A DNA stretch of 64,000 bases from Paraspadella gotoi (lineage: Eukaryota; Animalia; Chaetognatha), in assembly GCA_051294375.1 (NCBI GenBank), contig CM119263.1:22656833-22720832 (forward strand), read 5' to 3'. Below are positions 27,973 to 41,203 of this stretch, piece after piece (positions within the stretch are counted from its first letter, which is position 1; each line of letters starts with the position of its first letter). The notes below the pieces were generated by a model, which saw only the letters and a list, made by a program, of their open reading frames with translations, was not told the DNA's origin and did no database searches. A program made the position numbers and the translations under genes.

Positions 27973-28442
27973 CTCTCGTTCCCTGTTTCGTCCTTTGGCA
28001 ATGGTTATGGATCATGCAACTCCCACCCACCCGATTTGGTTATACCAATTTATCATTACAATATACTCTAAGAAAATATTCTAAATCCTTTTACTTTTAG
28101 TTTGAATAATAATGAACCATCATCCTTAATAAAACTATGAATAATTTATATCATTCAGACATAAACTTTAGTATTGTTATTTCTAAGGCATAATTTTTGT
28201 TTCGTCGCTATTAAATCTTTTATACAAATATTTTTTTAAGAATAGGTTATTTAAAGCTACAATTAAGGGGGGGGGGGTGCAAAATAAGACTCACTTTTTT
28301 GCTTGGTCCCCTGGATGGACACTATTGTCCCATTTTCTATTTCACATTCGTCAGGTTAACTCTCAGATTGAATTAAATATTGTAAAATATAAGAGTCGGA
28401 CAAAAAAATCTTAAAAGAATAGGATCGAGCCTCCTTCAATAA

Positions 28443-28560
28443 TACCAAATATTGAATGCGATGATAACCAAGGATTGATGCGATGATAACCAAAATGATT
28501 GATGCGATGATAACCAAATGATGATGGTGGTAATAACCAATGGTTGGATGCGATGATAGT
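28443..28560. repeat. About 22-bp minisatellite (GATGCGATGATAACCAA-TGATT), about 5 copies, inside the transposon
   Basis: Seen directly. Confidence 0.8.
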
Positions 28561-31500
28561 GCATTCTTGATGGATGAATCTTCATTGCATAACAGAGACA
28601 AACAAGGTAGGTGGAGGGTTAGAAGAGGGAGTAAGAGGAAAGAGAGAGGAGAGAAAGAGAGAGAAGAAGAGAAGAGAGAAAGAAAGAAAGAGAGAGAAAA
28701 GAAAAGATAAGAATCCAAGAAAATCTGCGGATGTAAATTTGGGATTTGTGCATTGGAAAGCGTGGGAATAAATGCGCGATAATAACAGTTTTTAAAAGGA
28801 AAAAATAATCAAAATTTTTTCAAAAACGATGCACGATAAGTCGGCAAGAGATCGTACAGAGAGAGAGAGAAAGACATGAGAGATAGAGAGAGAGACGAGA
28901 GAGACAGAAAGAGAAAAGAAGAGAGACAGAACAGAGAAGAGAGAGAGAGAAAGAAAGAGAGAACAATCAGACACAAACGTTGTCATGGTGGATGATAACG
29001 CAACGATGACAGAACGAAGACTATTTAAAACGATGACATTGAAGAACAATGTTGGAAGAAGAGAAAACAAAGAAGAAAACGACAAGCAGAAGACATTGAA
29101 GAAGAAGGATGAGAAAAGAGGAAAAGAAAGGCAAATGACAGAAACGATGCGAACTTAAGACGACAAAATATCGCAAAACTTATAAACAGAACTGTAATTC
29201 AAAATGTGTTGCGCCGCAGTGACTACCTTATCCGCGTGTATTCCTCGTGACATGACATGACGTGACATGACCTACTGACATGCACATAACTGAGTCGGTG
29301 CAGGCAGGCCAGATTCCAGCCTGTTTATATTATTTTTATTTCGGATATCTGATGGGTTTACTGGTTGGGCTTGTTACTCCATTAAACAGTAAAAGCAAAA
29401 ATTCGCTTCAACCCTACATCAATGTAATCTCGGGCAAGCTGTTAAACCTAAATTTCTTTTCCCATTTTAATAAGAAACCTGCATAAAACAAACTCATCAA
29501 AGTAAAGTTTGGAAAATTTGAAAACCTCGTTTTCTTGTTATTTTTTGAGGTTGGAGTAGTTTCATGGTGGCAAAGCTTGTTTTCTCCCTTAAAACTCAAA
29601 TGCTAAAATCCGCATTAACCTCGAATTGCTGGAACATGATGTGACCTGTTAAACCTGACAATGATACTAAGTTAGGATAAACTGGGGAACGAATATAAAG
29701 AAAGTCGTCAAAAGAAAAATATAAAACCGAGTTCTCTTTCTTTGTTATTTTCGATGATTGACTTATCACTGGTGAGGGTATATTTCCTTTCTTAAACTCA
29801 AACCGCTAAAATCCGCTACAGAGGCGCCCGTAATAGCCAAAACTATTACCTAACTATAAAACTATTGTCAAATATTTTAAAATATGAATAAACCTGAGTA
29901 AAAAACGAGTAACTACAAAGAAAAATTCAATTTCAGGAAAACGTAGTTAATTTCTTAATATTTTGAATCCATTCAATAATTTAGTACCTCATTGGCAAAT
30001 CAATTTCCTCTCTTAATTTTAATGATCGCTATTAATCGCATTAACTGAGGATCAAGGAAACCTTTCTTGACCTAATGAACCCATAGAATTTGTCAGATTG
30101 TGATAAACTTGGGTAAACGAGTGACCTATAGTAAAAAAAATTGTTTTTGTAATTTTTTTAAAGGAAAAATATGTGGGACTAATATAAGTAAATATATTAC
30201 TAATGTAGAAAAAAAGTACGCTTTTGGATTTTGGATTATGATAAAGGTGAGACGTCTAGCTTATACGCGTATCATTTTTTACAATTGACAATGATATTAG
30301 AAAATGACAGTAGAATAAAGAAAAGGATTTTTATTTTAAAGAATAAAAGAGAGGTAGAAGATAAGAAAGAAAGTTTAGAATTTTTCGAATCTTTTTTTGG
30401 TCAAAATCCGCAAGACCCATTCACTTGTCATTAAACTATTGAAATCGATTCGGTGACATGACCTTTTTCGCATCCTTTTCTGAAATTTTATTTTTTTCGC
30501 TGGAGGCTGTATCAAGCGTGCCCCGCCGGATTTTAACGATCTCTTGACCCGAGCTTCACCAACGCCTCGGTTCACGAAAGTAGGAAAGTCGTAACGAATG
30601 GCGACGTCACGATTCTCCCGGCGAAATTTAATGAACCTCCGAGTGATAATTAAGGTAAATCGACTTGGGGCCGCGGAGACTCGCCGCGCTCGCGCCGAGA
30701 CTCGAGGCCAAGGGATATTTTCACTCCGCGAACTCGCGGGTTCGGTCGGTTCGCGGAAGAGTTGAAAAGTACGTGAGAGGGATTTCGAAGGCGAGAGAGG
30801 AAATAGCCGAGCGGCGGGAAATTCGACTGTAGCGAGAGCGAAACTTGTTGTAAACGTAACTCGGGCCTAACTCGAATCGAATCGAACGCGGGGAAAAAAT
30901 TCAATTAAATTCAACATTGAGCCACAATTGGGGCCTGGTATTTCGGATAGTATCAAAAGCCTCATTTTCCCCGGAACGAAACACCAACTTTCATACGCAA
31001 ATTCGCTGCTGTTTTCTTTTTTTATCGAAAATATGTGTACCTTAGTTTGCCAAACCACTTTCCTCTTTTTCTTTCTTTCACCTCTAAAACTTTCTTTTCC
31101 CTCTCCTCTCCGCTTTTCTCCCTCTCTTCCTTCACGTTACGGAGTCGTAAGGAATAAACAATAGAAAGTAGGAGTCGTTAAAATAATCTGTTGTGATTAG
31201 AGAAAAAGCTCGGTTTCCCATTGGTGTTCGAATCTTAGCTTCCCGGATTGGCTAATAGTTTCGCGTCGGTCCTTTCCCCCTGACGAGACAAGAGGGACAT
31301 TTGAATTTGAGAGGAGAAAGAAAAGACCTGTTGTTATGAGAAAGGAGGAAGAGATGTCGTCGTCGTCGTGTCGTCGTCGTCGATCGTCAACAGCGTCCTT
31401 TAGCGAGAGTTATTTTTTATTTTAATAACAACGCGGGGTTTTTTAAAGCGAGCACAAACGTTTGAGGAAATAAATTAACTATACAATAGTCCGCGGCTTT

Positions 31501-34500
31501 TATGACCGTCTCACGCTACAACCAGTTTAGAACGTTTTTCCATTTTCCTCTCCCTCTCCGATCTTCTCTTTAGCTCTCTTTCACTATACGTAATTCGTAA
31601 AAGTATTCTCCCTTCAACAACTTTATTGCTTCTCCTTTTTTATATTCCTCTACGATTCTTCGGCTCTTCCTATAATTTCTCTTGTTCCTTTCCCTCTTCA
31701 TTACCTCTTTCAAAACTTCTTTTTTTCCTCTTTCTCAATTGTCCTTCACCTTTTATTTCTCTTGTTCTTTACTCTTTCCTTCGTTCTCTTCTCCTGCTCC
31801 ACCTGCCTCTTCAATTTTTGTCCCAATCGACTCATCGATTTTATTCATTTTTTACGGATTTTAATTTTTTTTTTCTTTTCGGCCTCATAAATCGTGGCTC
31901 CTTCAGGAAAAAGAAGAGGGCGACGACGACGAACATTCAACAAGAGACGACGAATGAGGCGGAAAAAAACCCTTGGCGAATTGCGAGTCCTATGGAAGAA
32001 GTGGGCGGTGAGATTCTCAAAGGTGAGGGAATGACGCAAAAGCGGTCAAATTCCCTGGTGTCTGCTGTACGAGGGACACCGAGAAGACGAAAGAAAGAGT
32101 GGATACTACTGACAAAGAGTGATGATTGAAGGATTGACAAAAGGAAAAGTTGAAACGAAACATCCGAAAGAAAAAAGAACACCAAACTAAAGTTTAAAAA
32201 AACTTTAAAAATATAGTAAATTAGTAAGAAAGAAAAGATATAAGAGAGAAGGGAAATTAAAAGAAAAATAAAGAATATTTTCTTTCAGTAAAAAATAGGA
32301 TAAAGGATGAGAGAAAGAAGAGAATCTCAGATTCCCGAGTTTCTCTCCACGAGATCGATGAAAATTAATCCGTCTTCTTCACACGCGGATTTCAAAAGCC
32401 GCCTGACCGCCGACCCGCCGCGCTTCGGCCGCCGCCGCCCGCGCTTCGGCCGCCCGCCGCGCCTTTCTGAGGTTGATGTGACGTCGGGTCATTCGCGGGA
32501 AATGTAGGAGTAGAGAGAACTAAGTCGTTTGTCATACTCGTTATAGGCTTCTCTTCTTTTTCTCTCTCTCCCCTCTCCTCTATTTCTCTTCTCTATCTTT
32601 CATATCCGGTTTCAATCGCTCTTTCTCTCTCTTCCTCCCTGCCTCCCCTCCCCCTCGCTCAATCCTTCGCGAACATTTTCCTCTGGTCAATTGGCGTCGA
32701 CACCCACGAAGTCGTTCAACGTTTCGCGACTCCATGGTGGATTCATGGTGCCATCGCAGACGAGGATCGGCGCCCCACGATTCGGTCTCACTGACTCGCA
32801 GTCAACCTTCCGTTTTTATGGGCGTCTTTCGCTGAACTTCGTTCGTTGGACATGGGAGGGGGGAGAGTTTTGACATAGTCCTGCTAGTCCTGGATTTTGG
32901 TCAAGCTGGAACAACTTCAAACCTTTTCTTTCCAGCGGAATGATAACATATTTCTACTATTTTTGTATAGTCCAAACGACCTTCAGAATCTGAAAATTTG
33001 TCACAAAACGGCTCTATATTTCCGTATCATTGATATTTTTTAATGGTAAAACTCGCAAAAAGCGCAAATGCATTTCGGGATGTCAACAGGTTCATTCGAA
33101 AAATTCATGTCGATTCTGGGATCAAGAGTTGAATGTCGCGGTTATGCTAATCAACGATACGAAAAACTAACCCTTTTAGCACAAGGATGATGACCGCATT
33201 TTTATCAAGGAAACAACTTATTTATCAAATACTCCTGCCTCTGAAAATGAAAGAATTAAAGTAAATGAGCTTGAAACAAAATATAAGAAAATTATCAGTG
33301 TTCCTGCAGTGTTTCATCCACTGTTCTAGTCAACTTTTCCCCAATGATAATAATTCCCACAATAAAACGATTTTTTGACCCATCTTCCTTCGGGATCTTT
33401 TTCTTTTTCGTTCAACCAGCCGACCACCGACATGCCTCCGACCCGACTTAAGACGAACGAAATCGTTAAAGAAGACGACGACGACGACGACGGGAACGAA
33501 ACCGTGCGTAGAGGGCGCTCGCCTTTCGAAGGTCGTAATCATAACGGGCGGAGGGGAAGGGCCGAATACGTCACATCCTCATTAAGGATCGGAGTAGCTT
33601 TTTAGTCTCCGCGAAGGACGGGCGCCGGCCTCGTTTCGGGAGAGTGAATGGTAAGGAAGTGATGTGATGTTATGGGTTTAGGTATAAAGGGGAGATAGTA
33701 AAGGAAGAAGGAGGAGACTTGAAGAAAATGGAAGAAGGACGGACTCGATTTTTTCTTCATTCAATATGCAAGGAAAAAAAAAATTTTTCAAGGTCGGGAA
33801 AAATTGAATTTATATCGAGAGGATGAAGGTAGGCTTGTTTTGTTGATTAAACTAAATACTATTTCAATTTTTTTGGCGAGACTCAACGACCGAGGTTTTC
33901 GTATTAAACCTCGTTTTTCTATAACGGATATACTAAAAGTAAAGTAAAATTAAAAGAACCAGAAATAACAAACAATAAACCACTAACCCACTATAAAACA
34001 ATAACCACAATTGAGAGTCGTGGGAGAAATATTAATCGGAGGCTGTCGTCTAATTTCTGTTGTAACGGCGAAGATCTGAGAAACTCTTACCAAAAATAAA
34101 CCCGATTTTAACGGAGAATACCTCATACAAATATTATTCGATCCAAATTAAATTAAATATTAATAAACATCTTGTACAGAAACGTTTTATTACAACGAAA
34201 CGAGGGCCATGACAAAATTCTGAACATTTCTGAAAAGAAACTCCCTTCCGGTTTACTTTCTTTCAAACACAAATATTGGCATACATTAATGAGGCCATAA
34301 CAAAGCAGCTAAGTTTGAATATTTTAAACAGTGTGCAAACAGTGTACATAAATTTTTTCTCTCTCGCGAGTCGAACATCATGGCGTCGGTTATTTTGCTC
34401 TCGTTACTGACAATTTCACTGAATGAAAACCACGTTTGGAGAGATTTCTAAAGCTCATGCTGAAAGCGAGGTTCTAGGCGTAATCTGTACTGCAGCGAGT

Positions 34501-36644
34501 ACCCAATAATAATGTCTCTGAGATAAAAAGGAAAGCTCCATATGTTTAAACGTTGGTCTCTCTGTTTTTCGCGTTAAATCTCCGATGACTCGTGATCAGT
34601 GATCACTGACAAGCGTCGGCCGCCGATGACATTCGCGATTAGCCACAGCCCTCACGACGCCTCTGAGCCTTTCGAAGTGCGGGAAAATTGATAAGAGTCA
34701 GTTCAGAATCTCTCTCTTTCCTCTCGTCGTCTCTCTCTTCTCTCTCTCTCTTCTCCTCTTCTCTCTCATCTCTCTCTCTCTCTCCGTCTCTCTCGTCTCT
34801 CCTTCGTTCTCTCTCTCTCTCTCTCAATCTCTTAACTCGAGACGAAATTGGTTATTACCGGAGCGGTCCGGTTTTTAACCTGAAGAGGCCGCCTTTCACG
34901 AGGCGGCGTCGCACTGGCAAACGTGAAAGGCGGATGACGCCGTGGGACTGACAAAGAGAATTAAATCCGGGGGCGGGGAGGCGAACTTGTTTGTCGTTCA
35001 TTTTCTTTTTTCTCTCTCTTTGCCTGGTTGTTGTTGTCGTTGTTGTTATTGTTGTTTTAAAAAAAAAATAAATCGAAAAATTCGTGCGGAGAATAAAGAG
35101 CGACGCTTGCCCGAGTTTCAACTTCGACTCGCGCCCTTTCCGATGGGGAAGTTCGTCTTTCCGAGAGATATGAATAAACAAACCGTGATGTTTACATTCA
35201 GCGCGCAGTGAAATACAATAGAATGTGGTGTTTTTAATCTGTCCACTCCTAATTAGTTTCAGTCAAATATTTAAGTATAATAATCACATGGAATATGTAA
35301 ATATAGGTTATAGGTTCCGCGAGGGAAACCTCTTCTCTAATTAGTCACTGAGAAGAAAAGACAGAAAAATCAAGAGAGGCAACTTACCTGATCAATATAT
35401 GGGTCCATTCCCTGCGATGCTTCCGTACTGCCGTCATAGTTAAGACATATTATCCCCATGCTAAGACCCCGGGACCGGGGGAACCCCTTACGATCTCAAC
35501 CCTGAGAGTCTTGAACAGAATGTCCATATGGGTTCTGACCAAAGGCGGTCTAGATAGCACGCCCCGGCGAATTTGCGGAACCCTCAGAGGCTTAGTTGAT
35601 TAGGACAAAGAGGAGGCAAAAAAGGAGGGGATGGAGCAAGAGAGAAATAGATGGGGTCAGGGGTTGACGATTGAAGCGAACTCGGCAGCGGCGGGGAACC
35701 GAGAGGAGGGTAAGGAGGGTAAGGAGAGCCGGGAAGTGACCGGGAAAACGAATGCTGTAATGTGAAGTTGGAGCGGGAGGTGGACAATGAATGTGAAGGA
35801 TGAGGAGAATAAATACAAATAAATAATGAAAGGAGCGAAATAGCAAGCCGGACAGGGAAGATTAGAGCAGGAGCAGTATAGGATCAGAGTGGCGCGGCGA
35901 AGCAGCGGCGCAGGATCGGTATAGGAGCAAGAGTGGGCGGCTCCCATCGCGGTTTCATCATCATGGATGAAGTTATGAAGTGTCCGCAGAATATCGAATT
36001 AGCTTTAATCGAAGCTTCTGTTTTTAGCCTCTTCCGACCGCAGAAAAAAAAAAGGGGGGGAGGAGCGGAAGAGAGGCGATAAAAATAAACACGGGGCCGC
36101 GGCGGGGTTGTCATGGCAACCCGGGTCGTCGTCGTTACGACAGCGACAGGTCTTCGAGATGAGTTAGAGTTTCTCGCGACTAAGAACAGAAAGGGGAGGC
36201 GTGGGTTGGGGGGGCGGTTTTTTATTTTTTTCTCTTTATCTCTTTACGATTTTCTTCTTTTTTTTCTTTTCGGTTTTGGCTTTTTTATTCCTTCTCTTCA
36301 TTCTTATTTCTATTTTCCTTCTTTAAAAATTACAATATTATCTGTTTTGTACTATATTAGATTCTATTTTATAATTATAAAATGTTAAATTTATTTATAT
36401 AAATATTAAGTTTAATAACGATTAATGAAGATCAGTAACGGTTTTAATTCGTCCTTTTGTTTATTTTCTTTATTTCTCGCCATTTTTCTTTATCGCCTTT
36501 TTTATAATTTTCTTTTAACTTTTTTTCTTACTCACCATTTCTTTTTTAGTTTCTTCCCATTTTTTTCCTTTTACTCTGTGATCCTTTTTCTTCTTTTCCT
36601 CTGCTCCCAGTTTTCTTAGTTTTCTCTATTCTTTAAGTTCTTTT

Positions 36645-36680
<36 letters not shown>

Positions 36681-36722
36681 NNNNNNNNNNNNNNNNNNNN
36701 NNNNNTATTCTCTTCTCTCCTT

Positions 36723-36766
<44 letters not shown>

Positions 36767-36769
36767 ATT

Positions 36770-37400
36770 CAGGGTTTTTTCCATTTTGCCGCCCTCCGAA
36801 CGCGTCTCCCATAAAAAGCGGGCGCGCCCATCTAGATGAAATTCAAAAGCGGATTGAAAAAATAAAATAAGATTTTAGACTTGAAAATAGTTTTAGTTTG
36901 CCAACGCTCTCAATTTACTCCTCTCACTATCCTGAATTGTAGGCCTCTGGATTCCTGTCTTTTGCCTCTGTCCGTTCTTCTTTCTCCATCCCCTTTCTCT
37001 CTCCCTCTTTCTCCTTTCATAACTCCTTTACCTTGTCTCCTCAACCCGTCCGGTGCGTTCCACGCTCCGCCCCCTCCTCTGGCTCCTTGGTTCGAGCGTG
37101 TCCTCCGCTCTCAATTTCAGTAAGGGTTTTTTCCATTTGCCGCCCTCCGAACGCGTCTCCCATAAAAAGCGGCGCGCCCATAGGATGAAATTCAAAAGCG
37201 GATTGAAAAAAATAAAGAATTTTAGACTAAAAATAGTTTTAGTTTGACCAACGCCTCAAACCTCCAGATCCTGAATTGTAGGCCTCTGGATTCCGTTTTC
37301 GCTCGCCGTCTTTTTCTCGATCCCTTATTCTCTTCCCTTTTCCCTTCAAAGCTTTACCCAGTCCCGACCCGTCCGGTGGTCCAGCTCCGCCCCCCTCCGG
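36770..37400. repeat. Local tandem duplication, about 355-bp period
   Basis: AGGGTTTTTTCCATTT..GCCCTCCGAACGCGTCTCCCATAAAAAGC..GGATTGAAAAAATAAA..CCTGAATTGTAGGCCTCTGGATTCC occurs at both ~36770 and ~37123. It lies between N gaps and may be artefactual. Confidence 0.75.
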
Positions 37401-37515
37401 TCCTTGGCGAGGTCGTTAATTTAGCAAACGGCCGTCACCATGGTAACAGCGTCGCTGTCGCCGCCGTCGCCTCCGCTTAATCTGAAAAACCATAAATACA
37501 ATCGAGGTTTTAAAG

Positions 37516-37551
<36 letters not shown>

Positions 37552-37868
37552 NNNNNNNNNNNNNNNNNNNNNNNNNNNNNNNNNNNNNNNNNNNNNNNNN
37601 NNNNNNNNNNNNNNNNNNNNNNNNNNNNNNNNNNNNNNNNNNNNNNNNNNNNNNNNNNNNNNNNNNNNNNNNNNNNNNNNNNNNNNNNNNNNNNNNNNNN
37701 NNNNNNNNNNNNNTCTCTCTGTTTTTTTTCTCTCTCTCTCTTTCTGGCGCGCCATTTCACGCCGCTCTTTTTTTCTTCCACAGTCGGACTGGGGAAAAGA
37801 AGGAAGAGCAGAAGGAGATGAAGAGGAGATAAGGTGGAAGAAGAAAGGGAGGGAACGAAAAAAAAATT

Positions 37869-37969
<101 letters not shown>

Positions 37970-39557
37970 CGTGAAATAGAGAGAATAAGAAAAGAACTAA
38001 GATTGACCAATCAGAGCTCTCGCATCCCCAACCAATCCGATTCCAAGTTGGAGTTCGACGAGCGACGCGACTTTTCTTTCTCCGACGAAAGGAGATTCGG
38101 AAACTCGAACTCCGAAGACGAGTCAGATTCCGAGTTGTTCTTTTGTTTTTCGACCGCATCGAAGCAAGATGTCGTCGAGTCTGTCGGCCGACGTTTTCGT
38201 CATCGTCGTCAAACGTCGCGTCTTAAATTCGTCTTCAATGACGAAGAATCGAAGGCTCGTCTATCGATTCTTTACGAGCTCTATGGCTACAGCTCCAGCT
38301 ACAGCTACAGCTCTTTGTTTTCGGTGAATTTAACCGAAAGTCGTTTTTTTTCGCTTTTTGTTTTCGTAATCGCCGTTGTAGTTTGTTGGACAGATAGTTG
38401 AAGCGCCACGGTGAATAGAGGGAATTTAGAAGATGACTTCGCACCTGGTTTAATACTCCCGGTTGTCGGTAATGTTTTTTTATCGTCGTCCACAATCAAA
38501 ATTAGTATCGTTTAGCGATTATATGATTATATGATTTCGTTTCCGCCTGGATCAGGGGATTTCGATCAAAGTCGATCTTATTTATCGACTTGAATCACCT
38601 TCACTCCTTCTGTTTCCGTTGGCCAAATCATCGAAACCGTCATTTCCTAAGTTCACTAAAAAAATCAAATAAAAAACCTCAGTCGATCGTTATTCGGACA
38701 AAGCCAACGACAATAAAGGGNNNNNNNNNNNNNTTTTTTTTTTTTTTGTTTTCACCAAAGGCGAAAGGCGTGAGAAAGGGTCGAGTTTATTCACCAATCA
38801 CAACCTCGTAATTCCTCCCTCGTTTCTCGGTCGCGTTTGAAAGACTAAAAACGCGAGGCGGAAATGACGCCGACTTTTTGCATAAATTCCCACTTATAAG
38901 TCCGAAGTCGTTTCCGCCTTTTCACGATCCCTTCTCTCTTTTTTTTCTTTTTTGAATCGATTTAACGATGTTTTTCCAACAGAGGGCGTCGCCACGGTCG
39001 CGACGCGCCGCGCTCCGCCGCCCCACGCCGTAATTACACAAATCTTTTTACGACAAAATTATGAAAAACGGGGAACTTATGGGGTCGCGCGGGGAGTGAG
39101 GGGAGGGAAGAGTTTTCTTTGCTCGCCGAGTCTTTGCAAACGAATCGTTTAATTTAAATCTTTTTCCTGCAAAAAAAAAGTGAAATATCTTTTTTAAATA
39201 CTTATTTCTAACTTTTACATAATATAATATAAATATTCGACTTTTTTCGAGTCGAAAATAAATACGGATCGAAATTTTATTTTTTTTAGAAGAAGAAAAA
39301 AAAGTAGAAACCGTGATTCGAAAATCGTGAAGCGTAAAGTGATATATTCGCTTTTTTCCCTACCTTCTTTTACAATGTAAATCTTCTTTTACTTTTTTAA
39401 AAACATTAAATTTAAACCTATACATAAAAAACCCACTTTTTTCCTCAACTTCTCTAGGTCTTCTTCCTTTCTTTACTTTTCTCATTAAATCTTTCCAACT
39501 CCAACCCTTAGACGAGTCATGAGATATTTTATGTTTTCTCGACGTGACACGCCCCAT

Positions 39558-39592
39558 GCGCCATCTGACGCCCCCCATTGCGCCACCTGGCG
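39558..39592 (-). promoter_or_regulatory. Tandem pair of CTCF-like motifs
   Basis: On the minus strand, CGCCAGGTGGCGC (39580-39592) and CGTCAGATGGCGC (39558-39570) match the AG(R)(K)GGCGC CTCF core. Motif match only. Confidence 0.35.
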
Positions 39593-39664
39593 CCCTTAAT
39601 GGTAAACGTTCGTAACCTTGTAACGAGTAAAATGTATGGAAGAGGGGAATGACTTACCTTCCAA

Positions 39665-39984
39665 CAGGGATGTGGAGCCGGAGCCGGAGATGGAGCCGCC
39701 GGAGCCGAGATTTTTTTCCGGAGCCGGAGCTGGAGCTGGAGCTGGAGCCGGAGCCAGAATTTTTATCTGGCTGAAGGCGGAGCTGGAGTCGGAGCCGAAA
39801 TAAATTTGGACTTGGAGCCGGAGCTGGAGCCAAGTTAAAATTTTTGCTGGAGCCGGAGCTGGAGCCGGAGCCAAATAAAAAATTGCTTGCAGCCGGAGCC
39901 AGATCTGGAGCCCAAAAAAAATTTGCCTTGGAGCTGGAGCCGGAGCTGGAGCCGAGACATAATTAGGTCGGCTCCACATCCCTG
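39665..39984. mobile_element. hAT-type MITE, 320 bp, with internal (GGAGCC/GGAGCT)n
   Basis: Perfect 16-bp TIR CAGGGATGTGGAGCCG / CGGCTCCACATCCCTG and an 8-bp TSD CCTTCCAA (39657-39664) / TCTTCCAA (39985-39992). An 8-bp TSD with CAG termini is the hAT signature. Confidence 0.9.
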
Positions 39985-40472
39985 TCTTCCAAGTTTTTTG
40001 CAAACAAAATGAGACGAATTTATCTCGGGAAATTTTCGTCTCGTTTACGGAAGATTTATCAAAATATCAAAAAGCGAAAAAAATGTTCCATTAAAAAAGA
40101 CAAGGGTATTATTTTCACGGCCGTTGCATTAGCTTTAAATATACAAACTAAAAATTATTAATTAAAAGATCGAAATTTTTTTTAATATAATCGTTGTTGC
40201 AATTACTTTAAACTGTTTTAAACTTGCCTCATTCGAAATACATTAGAAAGTCTTAAATCGCCCCTCGCCTCGTCTTTCTAATCTTTATCAAATCAACCGG
40301 AAACGAAGACGAAGGCCGTAAAACAGACGCGAAGACCTAATTAGATCTCACCTCTCACCCGGATCTCGGCAGCGACTTTGCTTAGAAACTCGACCCCGGA
40401 TGTAATTGAAACTCGATATAAAACTTTACGACGCACCTTTAGCATCTCTCTCTCTTTCTCTCTCTTTCTCTT

Positions 40473-40508
<36 letters not shown>

Positions 40509-41081
40509 CTCTTCTCTTCCTTTACCTCCCTCTCTAACGCTCCACCCTCCTTCCTCGTCCTCGTTTGATGAGTCTCTCAAAATGCAATCATCGAACTCAA
40601 GTCTCGATCCAGAGTCTCCAACCAAATTTCTCAATTTAGCCAAATTTGCCCGAATTTCTCTCCCCCAATTTTCCATAAATTTTTCGCCGAATTTTCGTTC
40701 TCGTTCTCCTCCGATTCTTCCGGCGAATTCGTCATCAAACTTTCAATAAAGACCAATTCCGAATTCGCTAAATCGCTCAACAAAGCAGTTTTCCCTCGCT
40801 AAATGCGAACATCTCGTAAAATCCGAACGCGTCTCGTCCGCTGATTCGTAGAAAACGCAATGACCAAATTTAGCGAGGGCGTCCTGTGGGAGGGACGACC
40901 CCAAGCTTCGAGGCTCGACTCACCTTTGTCATCGTCGTCATCATCGTCACCGTCGTCGTCTTTCTCATCGTCTTCGTCATTCCCTTCATTCTCCACGTCG
41001 TCGACCTTACCCTGCGCTCGACCCGCTCGCGAAAACGAAACTCACCTTCATCATCTTCCTCCCGTTTCGGAAAAAAACGTT

Positions 41082-41124
<43 letters not shown>

Positions 41125-41129
41125 GGGAG

Positions 41130-41203
41130 ATGGTCCTCTTTTTCGCCTTCATTTTCGTCGCCGTCCTTCCATTTGTTGCGTCTCAAAGGAGGCCTCTTAG
41201 CAG
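41130..41203 (+). CDS. Putative first coding exon (signal peptide) of an Ig-superfamily receptor-like gene
   Basis: MVLFFAFIFVAVLPFVAS|QRRPLS has a hydrophobic core and a VAS-Q cleavage-like site. It ends at CAG|GTGAAG (phase 2), which matches the phase of the acceptor at 44360. Confidence 0.5.

Larger units (their letters stand above)
25787..30520. mobile_element. Non-autonomous CAC...GTG DNA transposon (Transib/RAG-like/Chapaev-type termini), 4734 bp
   Basis: The empty site in arm A (ATCC-G10-ATATATC, 14754-14774) is contiguous. In arm B the C-run is split into C7|CACAATG...CAAGCGTG|CCCCGCC, about 3-5 extra bases, consistent with a TSD. The inverted ends share CAC and GCCTCCAG. No transposase is recognisable inside. 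Confidence 0.75.
21010..34946 (-). repeat. Arm B of the inverted duplication; indel-rich, long-read-quality copy of 10371-20631 carrying an extra 4.7-kb insertion
   Basis: Reverse complement of arm A with frequent 1-bp indels. Confidence 0.95.

Noticed and set aside
27973-30480. Transposase coding capacity inside the 4.7-kb element
   Set aside because: Only short ORFs and low-complexity sequence are present, with no DDE or RAG1-like motifs recognisable by eye. A frameshift-aware search is still needed.
39596-40003. PAPAPA-rich 135-aa ORF
   Set aside because: It is a translation of the GGAGCC hexamer repeats of the hAT MITE.
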